Below, one piece after another: positions 1-12,008 of a stretch of DNA of 64,000 nt (the stretch's first letter is position 1; every line of letters starts with the position of its first letter). The DNA is from Balanoglossus misakiensis (Eukaryota; Animalia; Hemichordata): positions 3,891,957 to 3,955,956 of the forward strand of contig CM082591.2 in assembly GCA_040954595.2 (NCBI GenBank), in the 5' to 3' direction. The position numbers and the translations under genes are program-made. The notes under the pieces are model-generated. The model did no database searches, was not told where the DNA came from, and worked only from the letters and a program-made list of their open reading frames with translations.

Positions 1-133
1 ATGTGGTGAAAGTTTCAGATTGGCTGCAAACCACACTTATTGTTTTAAGACGGAATCTTCAGTTTCATATTACATGCACAAGTTCCATCACATTTATAAT
101 TATAAACCAAAAATGCATTTTCTTCAAACTTAC

Positions 134-301
134 CTTTTCTCGGAGCCATTCATTATGCATGCTAATTCTTTGCAAACGATCAACAAAATCTGGACGGTTT
201 CGCCAAATCTTCCCGGACGGATCCCTTCTCCACTGACCAATGCATGGAACGCATTCCCGAAATTCGAGGAACCCGGCGTTCCATATCACCGTGGATTCCA
301 T
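134..301 (-). other. Probable first exon of an unidentified minus-strand gene running off the window start
   Basis: Strong donor (AAAAG|GTAAGT) at 134/133 on the minus strand. CpG-rich stretch at 305-380. The ATG at 301 opens 56 codons (MESTVIWNAG...WLREK), or a later ATG gives MNGSEK. No homology recognised. Confidence 0.4.
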
Positions 302-1042
302 TTGTGACGCGCGGCGCCGCGTCCGCGTCCACCGCCAGCGAAGTCGGCGAGCGTCCGTACGCGTGCCCACTCTAGCCGAGCGTAGATGATGGATCTATGT
401 ACGATTGAAAATTGAAAGTATTATCATTTCTTTTAATTGTGGATTTGATTCGAGTGAGAAGTTATCAAAATTATATTTGTTCGATAATTATTGGCTCAGA
501 AGTTTTATACGAGTGTCACATCATGGCAACAGAACAATATAGTCAATATCACCAAGGAAAACGAGTTGGCCTGTAGCCTGTGCATTTAGAAATTGGCCTC
601 CATATGCATGTAGTAGTCGTAACGTTTGGTTGCGTGTTATGAAATTCCAGTGTTCAGCTTTTTTCATGTTTTCAACACAATATGCAAATGGTGGTGGTGG
701 TGGTAATGGTGGTGACGAGGAGGAGGGGGAGGGGGAGGACAAACCACTACCCCAGAAAAGTTTTGAGCCGTGACCTTTATAAGTTCTCTTCACCGAAACT
801 ACTTTGTTCCTAGTTACCCACGCAAGCTCTCTTTGTCAAGTAATTTGACAGGGAGACATTTACTTGGCAGAATTTCAGTCGTCCAAAGTACTAGTGACAT
901 CACGCGTATTCTTAATCCCATCCTCCTGTTTTATCTAACGCGAATAACAAAGGATACAAAGTACAATGTTCTAAAACAAATAATATAAGCTGTCGTCTGT
1001 TGGTCGATATTGCGCGTCTACAACATTCACACTCATGAGCGA

Positions 1043-1177
1043 TTAGGGGGTCGTTATAATTTTATCATCTTCAGAAGGGTCGTCATTTTTGTAGTGGGTA
1101 GGGTGTTTATTTACTTTCGGTCAAACAATAAGTATTTGCCGGCCCACCCCCGCTATAATAAATGAACGCTCCCTTTA
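1043..1177. mobile_element. Degenerate short MITE (PIF/Harbinger-like)
   Basis: Imperfect terminal inverted repeats TAGGGGGTCGTTATAATTT ... TAAATGAACGCTCCCTT with TTA-type flanks. Confidence 0.35.
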
Positions 1178-1219
1178 TGGTGTATGCAACCTGGCTAACT
1201 AGCAACAGCTACGTACATG

Positions 1220-1246
1220 CATAGACAGTAGACTCTACTGTCTATG
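1220..1246. repeat. Perfect 13-bp inverted repeat (mini-MITE-like palindrome)
   Basis: CATAGACAGTAGA-C-TCTACTGTCTATG. Confidence 0.7.
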
Positions 1247-1826
1247 ATACATGTAATTATAAATACAATGGCCACTGACAGTCGTGTCAATAAGATGACA
1301 GTCGCACAAAATCTGGCCTAAATAACAACGGCCAAACAATGTAACTAAACAAAAAATGTATATCACGACCTGTGACATCAGTGTGGGTGTGTGTGATTTC
1401 AACAAAGACCTTCAGTGACAGGGTACTATGTACTCTGGTCACATGACCCCCTGACGTCCCTGGCATAGTTCGATGCCATACCAAATAAAAGTATAGTTTC
1501 GCATCACCATATCAGGGCGAAGAAAAGAGAATCACAAATTGCAAACATGCGATCAATTTTTTTAAGAGTCTCGTCGTGCATTGTAAATGTAACCTTCTTT
1601 TTAATATGTTGGTGCTAGCTGTAAAGCGAATGATGGGAAAGCCCATTCCATGAATTGTAACAAAAACTGTTTAGCGTGTGGCTGCAAGGTTAACAATGGG
1701 CGATTTTACATACAATAGGATTAACCAGCTCTCTCCACAGTTATACTGGGCCGGGACGTTGGCGAGACAGGACCTTGTTCGCATAAAGTTCTCGCTTCTT
1801 ATCTAACCCCCTGTCTTTTTGGTAGA

Positions 1827-1832
1827 TATAAG
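1827..1832 (+). promoter_or_regulatory. TATA box of secreted ferritin
   Basis: TATAAG 68 nt upstream of ATG 1895, with an Inr-like CCAGT about 30 nt downstream. Confidence 0.5.
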
Positions 1833-1894
1833 GGTGCGACCCCAGTGTGTGGTTCATCCAGTAGGACACCCGGTGACTAACACAGAACTTCGCC

Positions 1895-4800
1895 ATGACC
1901 AAGACGACCCTACTGCAGGTTTTAGTCGTGACGCTGCTCTGCTACGATGTCTTGGCAGACGTTGTGGACGGTGGCGACAACACACATTTTAAGAAGGTGA
2001 GTTGACAAAATCTTTCATCGGTTACTCCGAAATGTGGTTATAGTCTTGGTTTGTTGCGATTTGCATCAGGGTGCGCTGAAAGTGAATGCGCGCACCGTAT
2101 ATGCAAATATGGGCGGATAAGCAAGTAACGGAGAAAAAAGTTGAGCGCTGTTTACAGTCGAATATCGATTCTGAAGGCCACAAGTTAGTAGCAACAACCA
2201 AGGACGAAAACATGAACTGGACACTCAATTAAGCGTCTGGTACGAAATCTCCATGCGGGTAACTACAACAAATATTGTAGAAATGTTATACTTGACACGC
2301 ACAGGAATTTTGGAACGGTTGAGTGTCTATAGCGAGTCAAAATCACAACCCGAGTTACCAGTTATTTTTTCTATGGGTGTAGTGTTTACTTCGGGCCGAA
2401 GCATGACGTCACAGAGCCGCTGTCTCGGGGACTAGTCTCGAGGCAAGCCTCGTGTGGAAGAGGAACGGGTACTAGTCCTCTAATAGAGGGACTGTGTCTT
2501 AGCGTTGTATATTGCCGCGGGCACACTGGCACGCGTACACTGGCCCAGCCTCCCCAATTTCGAGCACTTATTATATAAGAACCTTTACAACTTTTGGAGA
2601 AAGGCACTATATGGACGAATGACTGGTGCTGCATTCGTCATAAAAAGACACCCAAACATTTAACATTTTGCCCACCGACACAGACAACTTAAACACTCTC
2701 CAAAAAAGCTCCGAAAGCAAGCATACCTATCAAGAAACCTATCTCCCATAACTGTCCATGCAAAAATATTAAAATAGCAAAACAAAACTGCATATCTATT
2801 AATTTTAGCAATAATGGTGTATTTAAATTTGCAGACCCGAAGACAGATCAGGCCCGTTGTGAACGATGGTAGTTTTCGGTCCAGCTCCGGCGAAACTTTG
2901 TTGAATTTAGACCCGAACATAAGCGAAGCCAATCCTACAGTAGGTTTTCCTATTTCTACTAAATACATGTGCCGTAAAGAATTTCAATAAAAAATCCCCT
3001 TGTATGTTCAGAACCAATTCTTTCTCCGTGGCAGACAAATCTTTGACGCAGCGACTTCGCCGATTTTAACTTGAATCACGCAAAACCGTCATGATGCTGG
3101 ACCGATCAAAATAGAATATCGGTGTCTGTCCAAAAAAAATATCTGTATATTTTCACGATTTCTTTAGCCCAGTAACCCTAAATTTGTTCACGAGTTTCCA
3201 AAGGGATGTGCCGAGTGATATTTTAAACAGAATGGCAGAATTTTGTGTAACTAGGTGGGTGGGACAACGAGAGTCTATATCAGGCGCCGTTTAAAGTCTA
3301 GTTTTGGCAATGATTTCATAATCTCGTGCTCACACATAATTAATGAGTCGAGCTATCTCCTGACAACGTCTGCGCATTGATTTATTCGGTCATTGATCAG
3401 TGATCTGACAGCCACTTGTCGTTTGCGAGATAGCCGCATGTTGACTCTGCGAGGCGGGTCAAGGAGACAAGGACAGTGCAGCAAGGTGTGCCAAGACTTC
3501 TATAGGTCATGTGATGCATCAGGTGATGCACTCACATGGTCTGGACCTCTACGTGTAGTGTCGGGCACCGTCCGTCCACAAACTGTGGACCAGGGTTCAG
3601 TACTTTAAAAAAATGAAGGTTGCGGTATTGATCTACGACTACCATCACGGGAACAGACGATGAAACCAGCTCGGCTTTACACATGTACCACCAAAATCTA
3701 ACTATGACTCCTAAAATGCCATATTTAAAAAACTATTTGCTCTTTAAAATTTATACTACAGAAATGACCATTAACGGTGATTATAATCACACGTATGTCA
3801 ACATAAAAACAAAGAGACTGTAAAACTGAAGTCACATGCCCAGGTAGTTACAATGGAATTTGAAGGTTGTGTAGACAGAACGGACATTTTATCAGTGGTT
3901 TAAATTAATGTTTCTAGTATCAAGGTGTCATTGATGTTTACAAGGCATAGAAAACTGCTAATACTAGCATTTAATGAAGAGTTTACTCGTTATCAGAAAG
4001 AATAAGTACTGATGATAACAAAGAAATAAAATTTGCACTTTATGCCAATCACGTTTCCCTTTTCTCTTGTTTTAGCGCAAAACGTCATTGTGCCGTCAGA
4101 ACTATGCGGACGATAGCGAGGACGCCGTGAACGACCAGATTAACCTAGAGCTGTATGCGTCTCAAGTATACATGTCAATGGTAAGTTTCTGTTTGGAGTG
4201 TGAATGGTATGTTGTCTGCATGACAACGACAAGCGGAGAACTGGGTATATCAGCATGCTGTTTGGAGTAGAATGAGAAATTGTGCTTGGTACACAGAATG
4301 CTGGAAATCGAGCCAAAAGTTACTGCTGGTGTCCCTTTAAAGCTTGCATAGGTGACCGTGTACCTTTAATATTTCGCTCTGTTTCCACCCTTTGCAGTCG
4401 TACCACTTTGACCGCGATGACGTGGCTTTGCCTGGCTTCGCCAAATTCTTCAAGAAATCATCCGACGAGGAGCGGGAACACGCGGAGAAACTGCTGAGAT
4501 TTCAGAACCAGAGAGGAGGCAGAATCAAGATGAGGGAAATCAGGGTGAGATGTGTGTGACGTCATTCATGACCCCTGTGTGACCTCGTGCAAGAGGGCAA
4601 AGGTCATGCACGGGAAAATGGCTGAACTGTTACAATTATTTGGTACATTACTGCCTGCATAAAACTAACCGATATTGCACAAAGACAGCTTCGTCCGGAC
4701 AATCAAAATTTCATTTTCCTCGAAGCTGAGCGCCATGAATCCAGAAGGAATGCATTTATCTCATGTGGTGAAAAGGCCACTGCAGTGCTTGGGTTTTCAC

Positions 4801-5260
4801 TGAGCCACGGAAGTGAGATTACAAAAAAAAAGTAGTTCCATAAAAGTAGTTCCCAATCTGATCCATAAATACATTTCTGTATCTACAGCCACCAGACCAT
4901 GATGATTGGGGAACCGGTAGAGATGCAATGTGGCATGCTTTGACTCTGGAGAAAGAAGTCAACGAGCGACTTTTGCTGATCGAGAGACTCGCTAATCAAA
5001 ATGGCGACCCACAGGTGAGTGAATGTATGCCCAGGTTGAAGACGAAGTGACGATTGCAAACTTCATATCTGAAAATAATTTATCATTTCAACTTCTGTGT
5101 TTGTGACTTTTTTTAGATGGCAGACTTCATCACCGAGAACTTTTTGATCGAACAAGTTGAGTCGATAGAGGAGCTGGCGCGCCACGTCACAAACTTAGAC
5201 CGTGTCGGTTCTGGTCTGGGAGAATACATGTATGATAAGGAGACCCTAGGAGAAGATTAA
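1895..5260 (+). CDS. Ferritin, H-type with N-terminal signal peptide (secreted ferritin), 207 aa, 5 coding exons
   Basis: Exons 1895-1996, 4076-4180, 4398-4544, 4889-5014, 5117-5260; all GT-AG, phase 0. Protein [27 protein letters not shown]...[24 protein letters not shown]...[11 protein letters not shown]...EEREHAEK...LEKEVN...EQV...[20 protein letters not shown] near 5511-5520. Confidence 0.92.
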
Positions 5261-6175
5261 TTCACCACCAGCGGCGCCATAATCGATGGCAAATCAGCAG
5301 GAATTCCGCCCTCGTCGGCGAGGGCCATTCTACAAAATGGAGTCTGTCGGTTCCCACCGTTGGTAGCGTGCTTGTTGAAACATGTTCGCGAGACAACGGC
5401 TGGATCTGACAGACTATCGTTTGCATAATGGCCCTGGATAACATCCGATAACAGAATTCATCTGTGTGCTTCCAAGCACCAAGGCGAGCGAAGAGAATGC
5501 GTGAATTCCTAATAAATAAAACACCATGCTTTTAACAGTAGCATCATCATTTGATTTCTCATGTTTTTTTTTATTTCTCATTTTCCCCCAATTTTACAAA
5601 ATTTATCATCGATTTTGGATGAAAGTTACTTTACCAAGTCAATACCAAAGACTAAGATCATGATATTGAATGTATGCTTTCACGTTGTTAAAGATTTTGT
5701 CATCATTTGTGAACAATGCACGGGTACACTTTTTTTGAAACTTAAGAAACCAATTGGAACCATGAACCATTGTCCCAAAATTCGACACCGAATCTTAATT
5801 CTGTTATTTGCTTTTTTCCAAACTTTTATCCAAGCTGCACTATGGCCGCGTGCAATAATGACCCAACTTTCAATATTATCTGAAAAATTCCACATATAAT
5901 AGTGACCTTGTAGGCACGAGCCAATCATAGCCCTTTGCTAATAATTAATTCACCAAATCTGCATAAACCGGCGTAAGTAATGATATATAGGTGTGGGTAA
6001 AAACTTTTAAAATGCACAATGGGACATTGTCTTTCTTGTCTTGCAAATCTGAAGTCATTTACATGAGTGCATAGATTTAAGCAATCCCAATATGTACATG
6101 TATTGAGAAGTGTTAATAAAAGCTGCATTGCTTTGCTAGCAAAAGTTCGTGTTTTTTGTAACCTTCCATGATTGT

Positions 6176-6177
<2 letters not shown>

Positions 6178-6245
<68 letters not shown>

Positions 6246-6360
6246 ATGTATGTATGTATGTATGTATGTATGTATGTATGTATGTATGTATGTATGTATG
6301 TATGTATGTATGTATGTATGTATGTATGTATGTATGTATGTATGTATGTATGTATGTATG

Positions 6361-6395
<35 letters not shown>
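6178..6395. repeat. Compound microsatellite (GT)n(ATGT)n(ATCT)n
   Basis: Directly visible; source of the spurious VCVC/MYVC ORFs. Confidence 0.98.
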
Positions 6396-7372
6396 GTAAT
6401 TTTGCGGAACGAGCATGGATACCCCGAGAATGACACAACTGGGGCGTGAATACATGTACTGCTTTGTCATTTTATGTTGACTGGTGGAAGTGGGACGCCC
6501 ATGTGATAATTGTTTTTTTAAAATGCGTTGACTCATAAGTGGTTATATAAGGAATGCTTATAGGCCTATACATGTTTTTCTAGTAATTTTCGACTCATCA
6601 TACTGATAAGACATACAACGTTTACCAAGTCAAGGATCTCATAACCTAGTATGAAAAAATGACTGGCGACCAGTTTTGGCTCTTGTCACATGAGCCTGAT
6701 TCATGTCACCATGACACAGCAAGAAAATCAAATAATCATGCCGATGCACGTGAGGAAAGTTAATGCGATACGCATACACACGAATTCACTGTGATACATA
6801 GGCCCCATGCTTTCATTAAATTGCAATGAAACTAATATTAAAGCCGAAAAATCAAGCAAAAATACATATGGGTTGGACAAGTTTCGTTTGTGGTCCAACC
6901 ATCTTCCTCATTATAAAACAAACAAACAGTGACCGTGAAAAAGACAATAGACAGCAAACAACTCCTATTTTGGGCCGATGTACTTGATAAAAAAGGATGA
7001 CCTCATCCTCTAAGCCAATTATATCTAACGTTATATAGTAGGTCTTATCATAATCCCTCCATGGTCCAATCAAAGTGTTTGTGTTACATAGTAGTGCAGC
7101 TCTTACTGGTAATGAACTGCAACCCACTCTACTTTGATTAAATCATACTGTAAGAATGTTAATTCATGTATTTACTTATTCAGTTATTCAATAAGGAATA
7201 GGGAAAATATTATGTTTCAATTTTATTTGGTGAAGATTATCCTTTGCAAAGTGACTAAAATGCGGGCTGCACTTGAACTCAAAATGAAATGGCGGGAAAC
7301 AATCGCAAAATGGAACAGCCTGACCGTCCTTATTAATTCGGTCCTCACTAGCTGCGCCATATTGCCCTAGAA

Positions 7373-7408
7373 GTTGTATCCGCGTCAACAGTGTTTGAAC
7401 GATTCAAC
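7373..7408 (+). promoter_or_regulatory. Iron-responsive element (variant) in 5' UTR of ferritin 2
   Basis: GTTGTATC-CGC-GTCAA-CAGTGT-TTGAA-CG-ATTCAAC: CAGUGN loop, C bulge 5 nt upstream, G.A mismatch at the base of the upper stem. Confidence 0.8.
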
Positions 7409-7474
7409 TCTAGCCTTTAGATTTCTTCACGGTTTATTTCCATTTACCCAACAAACTACAACAATTCTATCAAA

Positions 7475-8409
7475 ATGGCCACCTCCCAGTGTCGTCAAAA
7501 CTACCACTCCGAAAGTGAGGCTGGTATCAACAAGCAAATCAACCTGGAATTGTATGCCAGTTATGTCTACCACTCCTTGGTAAGTTTTGGATCTAGTTTC
7601 TAGTTAGTTGATGCTGAAATTGTTGCTGAAACTATGGCTTGGAATGGTCGTTTAGGCGGATTCGGTTTGGTTCTTGATTCTTGTGGGGAAAATGCGTGGT
7701 AATGCGCATGACCCTTGACCCAGTTATTGGACAACGTCACGTGGGAATGACGCAGTCCACGTGCCATGCACACATTGTTACGAAAAAACATTCAGATGTA
7801 GATTACTAGTAGATGTGGGGAGAATCTGAAATCGCACCCTGTAACGCCTTACTCTGCCTTCACTCTCCAGGCCTTTTACTTTGACCGTGACGATGTAGCC
7901 CTACCCGGCTTCTCAAAGTTCTTCAAGAAGTCATCTGAGGAAGAACGTGAACATGCCGAGAAGCTGATGAAGTTCCAGAACAAACGTGGTGGTCGCGTCG
8001 TCCTGCAGAACATCAGCAAGCCAGAGCGTGATGAGTGGGGCTCTGGATTGGAAGCCATGCAAACCGCATTGGCCCTGGAGAAGAACGTCAACCAGGCCTT
8101 GCTCGACTTGCACAAGATCAGTGACTCCAATGGAGATGCACAGGTACGATACTAGTTTGCTGTATCGAATGGGTACCGTTTGATCCTTCGCAACAGAGTT
8201 GAATGACCTTCCTTATTTTGATTTGGTAAGCAAGAGTAAAAAAACTCATTATTTTTCGTCTTTTTCAGATGTGTGACTTCATTGAGAGCGAGTTTCTGAC
8301 TGAACAAGTTGAAGCCATCAAGGAGCTGTCTGACCATGTCACCAACCTGAAGCGTGTTGGGGCTGGCCTGGGTGAATACATGTATGACAAGGAAACCCTG
8401 GATTCCTAG
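7475..8409 (+). CDS. FTH1: Cytosolic H-type (soma) ferritin 2, 172 aa, 3 exons
   Basis: Exons 7475-7579, 7871-8143, 8269-8409. [29 protein letters not shown]...[19 protein letters not shown]...[14 protein letters not shown]...; ferroxidase residues intact. Confidence 0.95.
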
Positions 8410-10648
8410 AAAGGCACCGGCTATTCTACCGACTTGGACATGACACCAGGAAGATCCTAACCAATGATCGGTTTAGTCATAAAAAAATGGAAATTGTAGA
8501 TTTGCAACAGAAATGCTCTTAAGTTAATACCCGCGAGACACACAACTGCATATTCTTGCTTCATAGCTGGTGATGGGTTCTCAAAGACAGCAGGCCCATC
8601 TCAACACCTTTAGGAGGCTCCAGTGTTAAGATCTTGGCGAAAATCAGTTATGGGTCACCCGAGTACAGGGTCATATTCCTTTGTCGTACATTCAGTGTTT
8701 GACAGCCATGGTCATCAGTGGCACATACATGTACATAGTGCGACATTTTTTGTTCTGTACATAATCTCTCAGAGGTGTTGAATAAATGTAGTTGTGGATA
8801 ATTGGATATATATGTGTACTGTGTTCTCTGTCAACCGATATGGTATTCATGTGCTCAAAACTACAAAATAAACGACGCCCTCTAAGCTGACTTGAAAACT
8901 ACGTGTATGTCTAATGTAAGTCTTGATGAACAGTGCAAGAAAAAGGCAAATACTGGTAATGGCAAAAGCAGGAACTGAAGATATAATCGAGAACAATGAG
9001 TTTTTTTGCATTAGGGATCAAACTAGATTTGGAGGGGTGGTATTTGCCGCACCCCCTCCCCCATCTGAGGGGAGTGACCTGTTCCCAGTCTAGAGGATAA
9101 CGAAATGCAAAACAGGTCAATAACCTATCATAATTTAATAATCCCCAGGACAAGATAACACAAGGAATTTTTGCTATCCATGTTTTACGTACATGTATCT
9201 ATGAGTGTGCATAGATCTCGTAACTGTCCACGGGGTATCATGCCACATTTCATCAACAGCAAGAGTGGTTTTTGCTCACCTGTTTGTTGGATTTCAGCAA
9301 ACCTGGAGGAATGGCAGTCTGTTTCCACGTGGAGTCTCGCAAATTTTCCCCGATAAGTTATCCGAAATCCTGGCACAATACGCCATTCCCAAATGAGTCT
9401 CTTCACGTTTTTTTTTCTGCTTCACTTCCTGGGGTGTTTCTGGTAAGGAATATTCCGCCACCATCGAACACCACGTGGCTTTTGTGTGAAAGTTGTGCGT
9501 CTATAGAAATGCGTTGGGCGTGGTCACTCTCAATCAATGGAAACCCCAAAACACACCTGGGCAGGTTCCAATCTAGCCGCGGTTCATTAGCTCGAGCTAC
9601 TGAACTGCAGCTTTGTCCAATCATGGTCGCGTTTAACTTGGCTGTCACGCGAGGGGGGGGGGCTGCATATGCTATTCTTTCTCCTCAAAATCTACATATA
9701 TGCCTATATATTGTCAAAGGGCGTGTCTCAGTGTTCGAATGACCATGGTAAAAATACAATGAAGCCAAACAAATGAAACAATATAATATTTTCTAGGAAC
9801 TCACATCCCATGTAAGTAATTTGCTACAAAATAGAGATTTTAAACTTTCTGTGAATATTCGACACATACGACAAAGGAAATTTTGTTCACAATGTATCCA
9901 GATTTTGTAGCAAAAATGAAACTGTTAACATGTTGCACTTGTATGAATGCCCCTTAGTTCTACTGCGGCTATCTTCGTAAGTCATGTCAAGAGAAGGGAA
10001 TAATGAATAGAGAAAATTCGTGCAACGGCCATTGCAAGTATTTGTTGTTTGGCTGTAAAGTGCGGGTTGCTGATCGAGATTTTCCCGTATTTGTACAAAT
10101 AACGTACTGCACTGAATACGCACGAAGAAGAACAATGTCAATGAACTTTGTTGCCCTTAAATGAAACATGCTACGAAGGGAACATTTTGCCCCTAGTGAA
10201 CTTGCAGTCGCCTGATAAATACATTACAGAATATCGACTTTAACCCCGTACGCTAAAGTTAAATTTAGTCACCTGATAAACCAGGTCATTAAAGAAAAAC
10301 ATTATGCCGACTCATATTCAGTCAGCCATATTTGCTGCTCGGAAACCGTCCAATCAAATTGCCCAAATTTCTAAATCAGCTGTTCCATGTATTCGACAGA
10401 CATGCATATCATTAGGGCAGTGACGATTTTAATGTCGCAATAATACCATTTCACCAAATCATCGACCAATAGAAAATGACATATTTACGAGCCTTCCTTT
10501 CATTTCAAACTATGAATCTCGGCATTCGATAATTATAGTAAGGTTTGTATGATTATAATCTGAATGTGGGGGAAATCGCAAAATGTAACAGCTCCACTAG
10601 AACCTATATAATTCGTCGGACCCAGAGCCATCCTTCATTGCCCTAGAA

Positions 10649-10684
10649 GTTGTATCTGCTTCAACAGTGTTTGGACAATACAGC
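10649..10684 (+). promoter_or_regulatory. Canonical iron-responsive element in 5' UTR of ferritin 3
   Basis: GTTGTATC-TGC-TTCAA-CAGTGT-TTGGA-C-AATACAGC; matches the vertebrate ferritin IRE. TATATAA about 40 nt upstream. Confidence 0.95.
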
Positions 10685-10754
10685 CCTAGACCCGTTCTTT
10701 CCTGAGACCCTTTCAATATTCTAGTTCCCACCAAACTACAACACCACCACCAAA

Positions 10755-12008
10755 ATGGCCACCTCCCAGTGTCGTCAAAACTACCACTCCGAAAGTGAGG
10801 CCGGTGTCAACAAGCAAATCAACCTGGAACTGTACGCAAGCTATGTCTACCATTCCATGGTAAGTTTTTTTTTCGGATATCACAGAGATGAATTTTATGC
10901 ATCCCAATTTGTGCATGACAGTTTAATTAATTATCCATCACAAAATTTGGGACGTACACCTGAATGACTATTTCAGAATCATACCCAGATGTACATGATT
11001 GTTAACGTTTAAACACAATCTCCGACAGACAGAAAAAAATCTACACAACAGAATGCGATCATGCCTGGCCTGAGGACAAGCTGTTGGAAAATGGCCAACT
11101 TTTTCCGTCGCCAGTTTTGAATGCATGTATCCGGCTCAAAGTTCCTCCTTGTATGCGTACTTGTTCTGCGCAGTTTTGTTTACAGAAATTTTGCAAATCA
11201 TCTTCGTTCACCCTGAATGACCCCCAGCCTGCGAAGTCGACGACTGAAACACGTAAAATGACGTAATTGATTTCTATTCACTACTACATTACGCACACTC
11301 AAGCATAGGTGCAATGAACGTAGCGGGTGCTGCTAGGCATGGTTTACTCAAGCACAGCTATATCAAAATTATCTGCCAAAACAGCTGTAGTTCCATTCTA
11401 CATTGTATTATTACGCTCTGCAGCAGAACCTGCAGCGAACTTCCAAAATTAAAATGAAATCCATTTAACATATCACTCCTCGCCACTTCCTAGGGCTTCT
11501 ACTTTGACCGCGACGATGTAGCCCTACCCAACTTCTCCAAGTTCTTCAAGAAGTGTTCTGAAGAAGAGCGTGAACACGCCGAGAAGCTGATGAAGTTCCA
11601 GAACAAACGTGGTGGTCGCATCGTTCTGCAGAACATCACCAAACCCGAACGCGACGAGTGGGGCTCTGGACTGGATGCCATGCAAGCTGCATTGGCCTTG
11701 GAGAAGAATGTCAACCAGGCCTTGCTCGACTTGCACAAGATCGGCGACTCTCACGGAGATGCACAGGTACTTTTTCATGACAACCATTTCTCAGTCGATT
11801 TCAAGATGTCCACTGTATTTCCAACTTGATTGTGCTAAATTTAATCTCATTTTCTCCATCTCTTCAGATGTGCGACTTCATCGAGAGCGAGTATCTGACC
11901 GAGCAGGTGGACGCCATCAAGGAGCTGTCCGACCACGTCACCAACTTGAAGCGTGTCGGCACTGGCTTGGGTGAATACATGTTTGACAAGGAGACCCTGG
12001 AGTCTTAA
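10755..12008 (+). CDS. FTH1: Cytosolic H-type (soma) ferritin 3, 172 aa, 3 exons
   Basis: Exons 10755-10859, 11494-11766, 11868-12008; intact ferroxidase motifs; AATAAA at 12534-12539. Confidence 0.95.

Noticed and set aside
2900-3450. Repeat-like sequence in ferritin 1 intron 1 (and 5600-6150)
   Set aside because: Looks like decayed interspersed repeat, but no termini, TSD or second copy could be established by eye.
6149-6449. ORFs of VCVC/MYVC repeats
   Set aside because: Translation of a compound microsatellite.
8560-8630. Possible SECIS or 3' IRE in ferritin 3' UTRs
   Set aside because: No in-frame UGA in the CDSs, no AUGA/GA core, and the CAGTG here lacks an IRE stem and C bulge.
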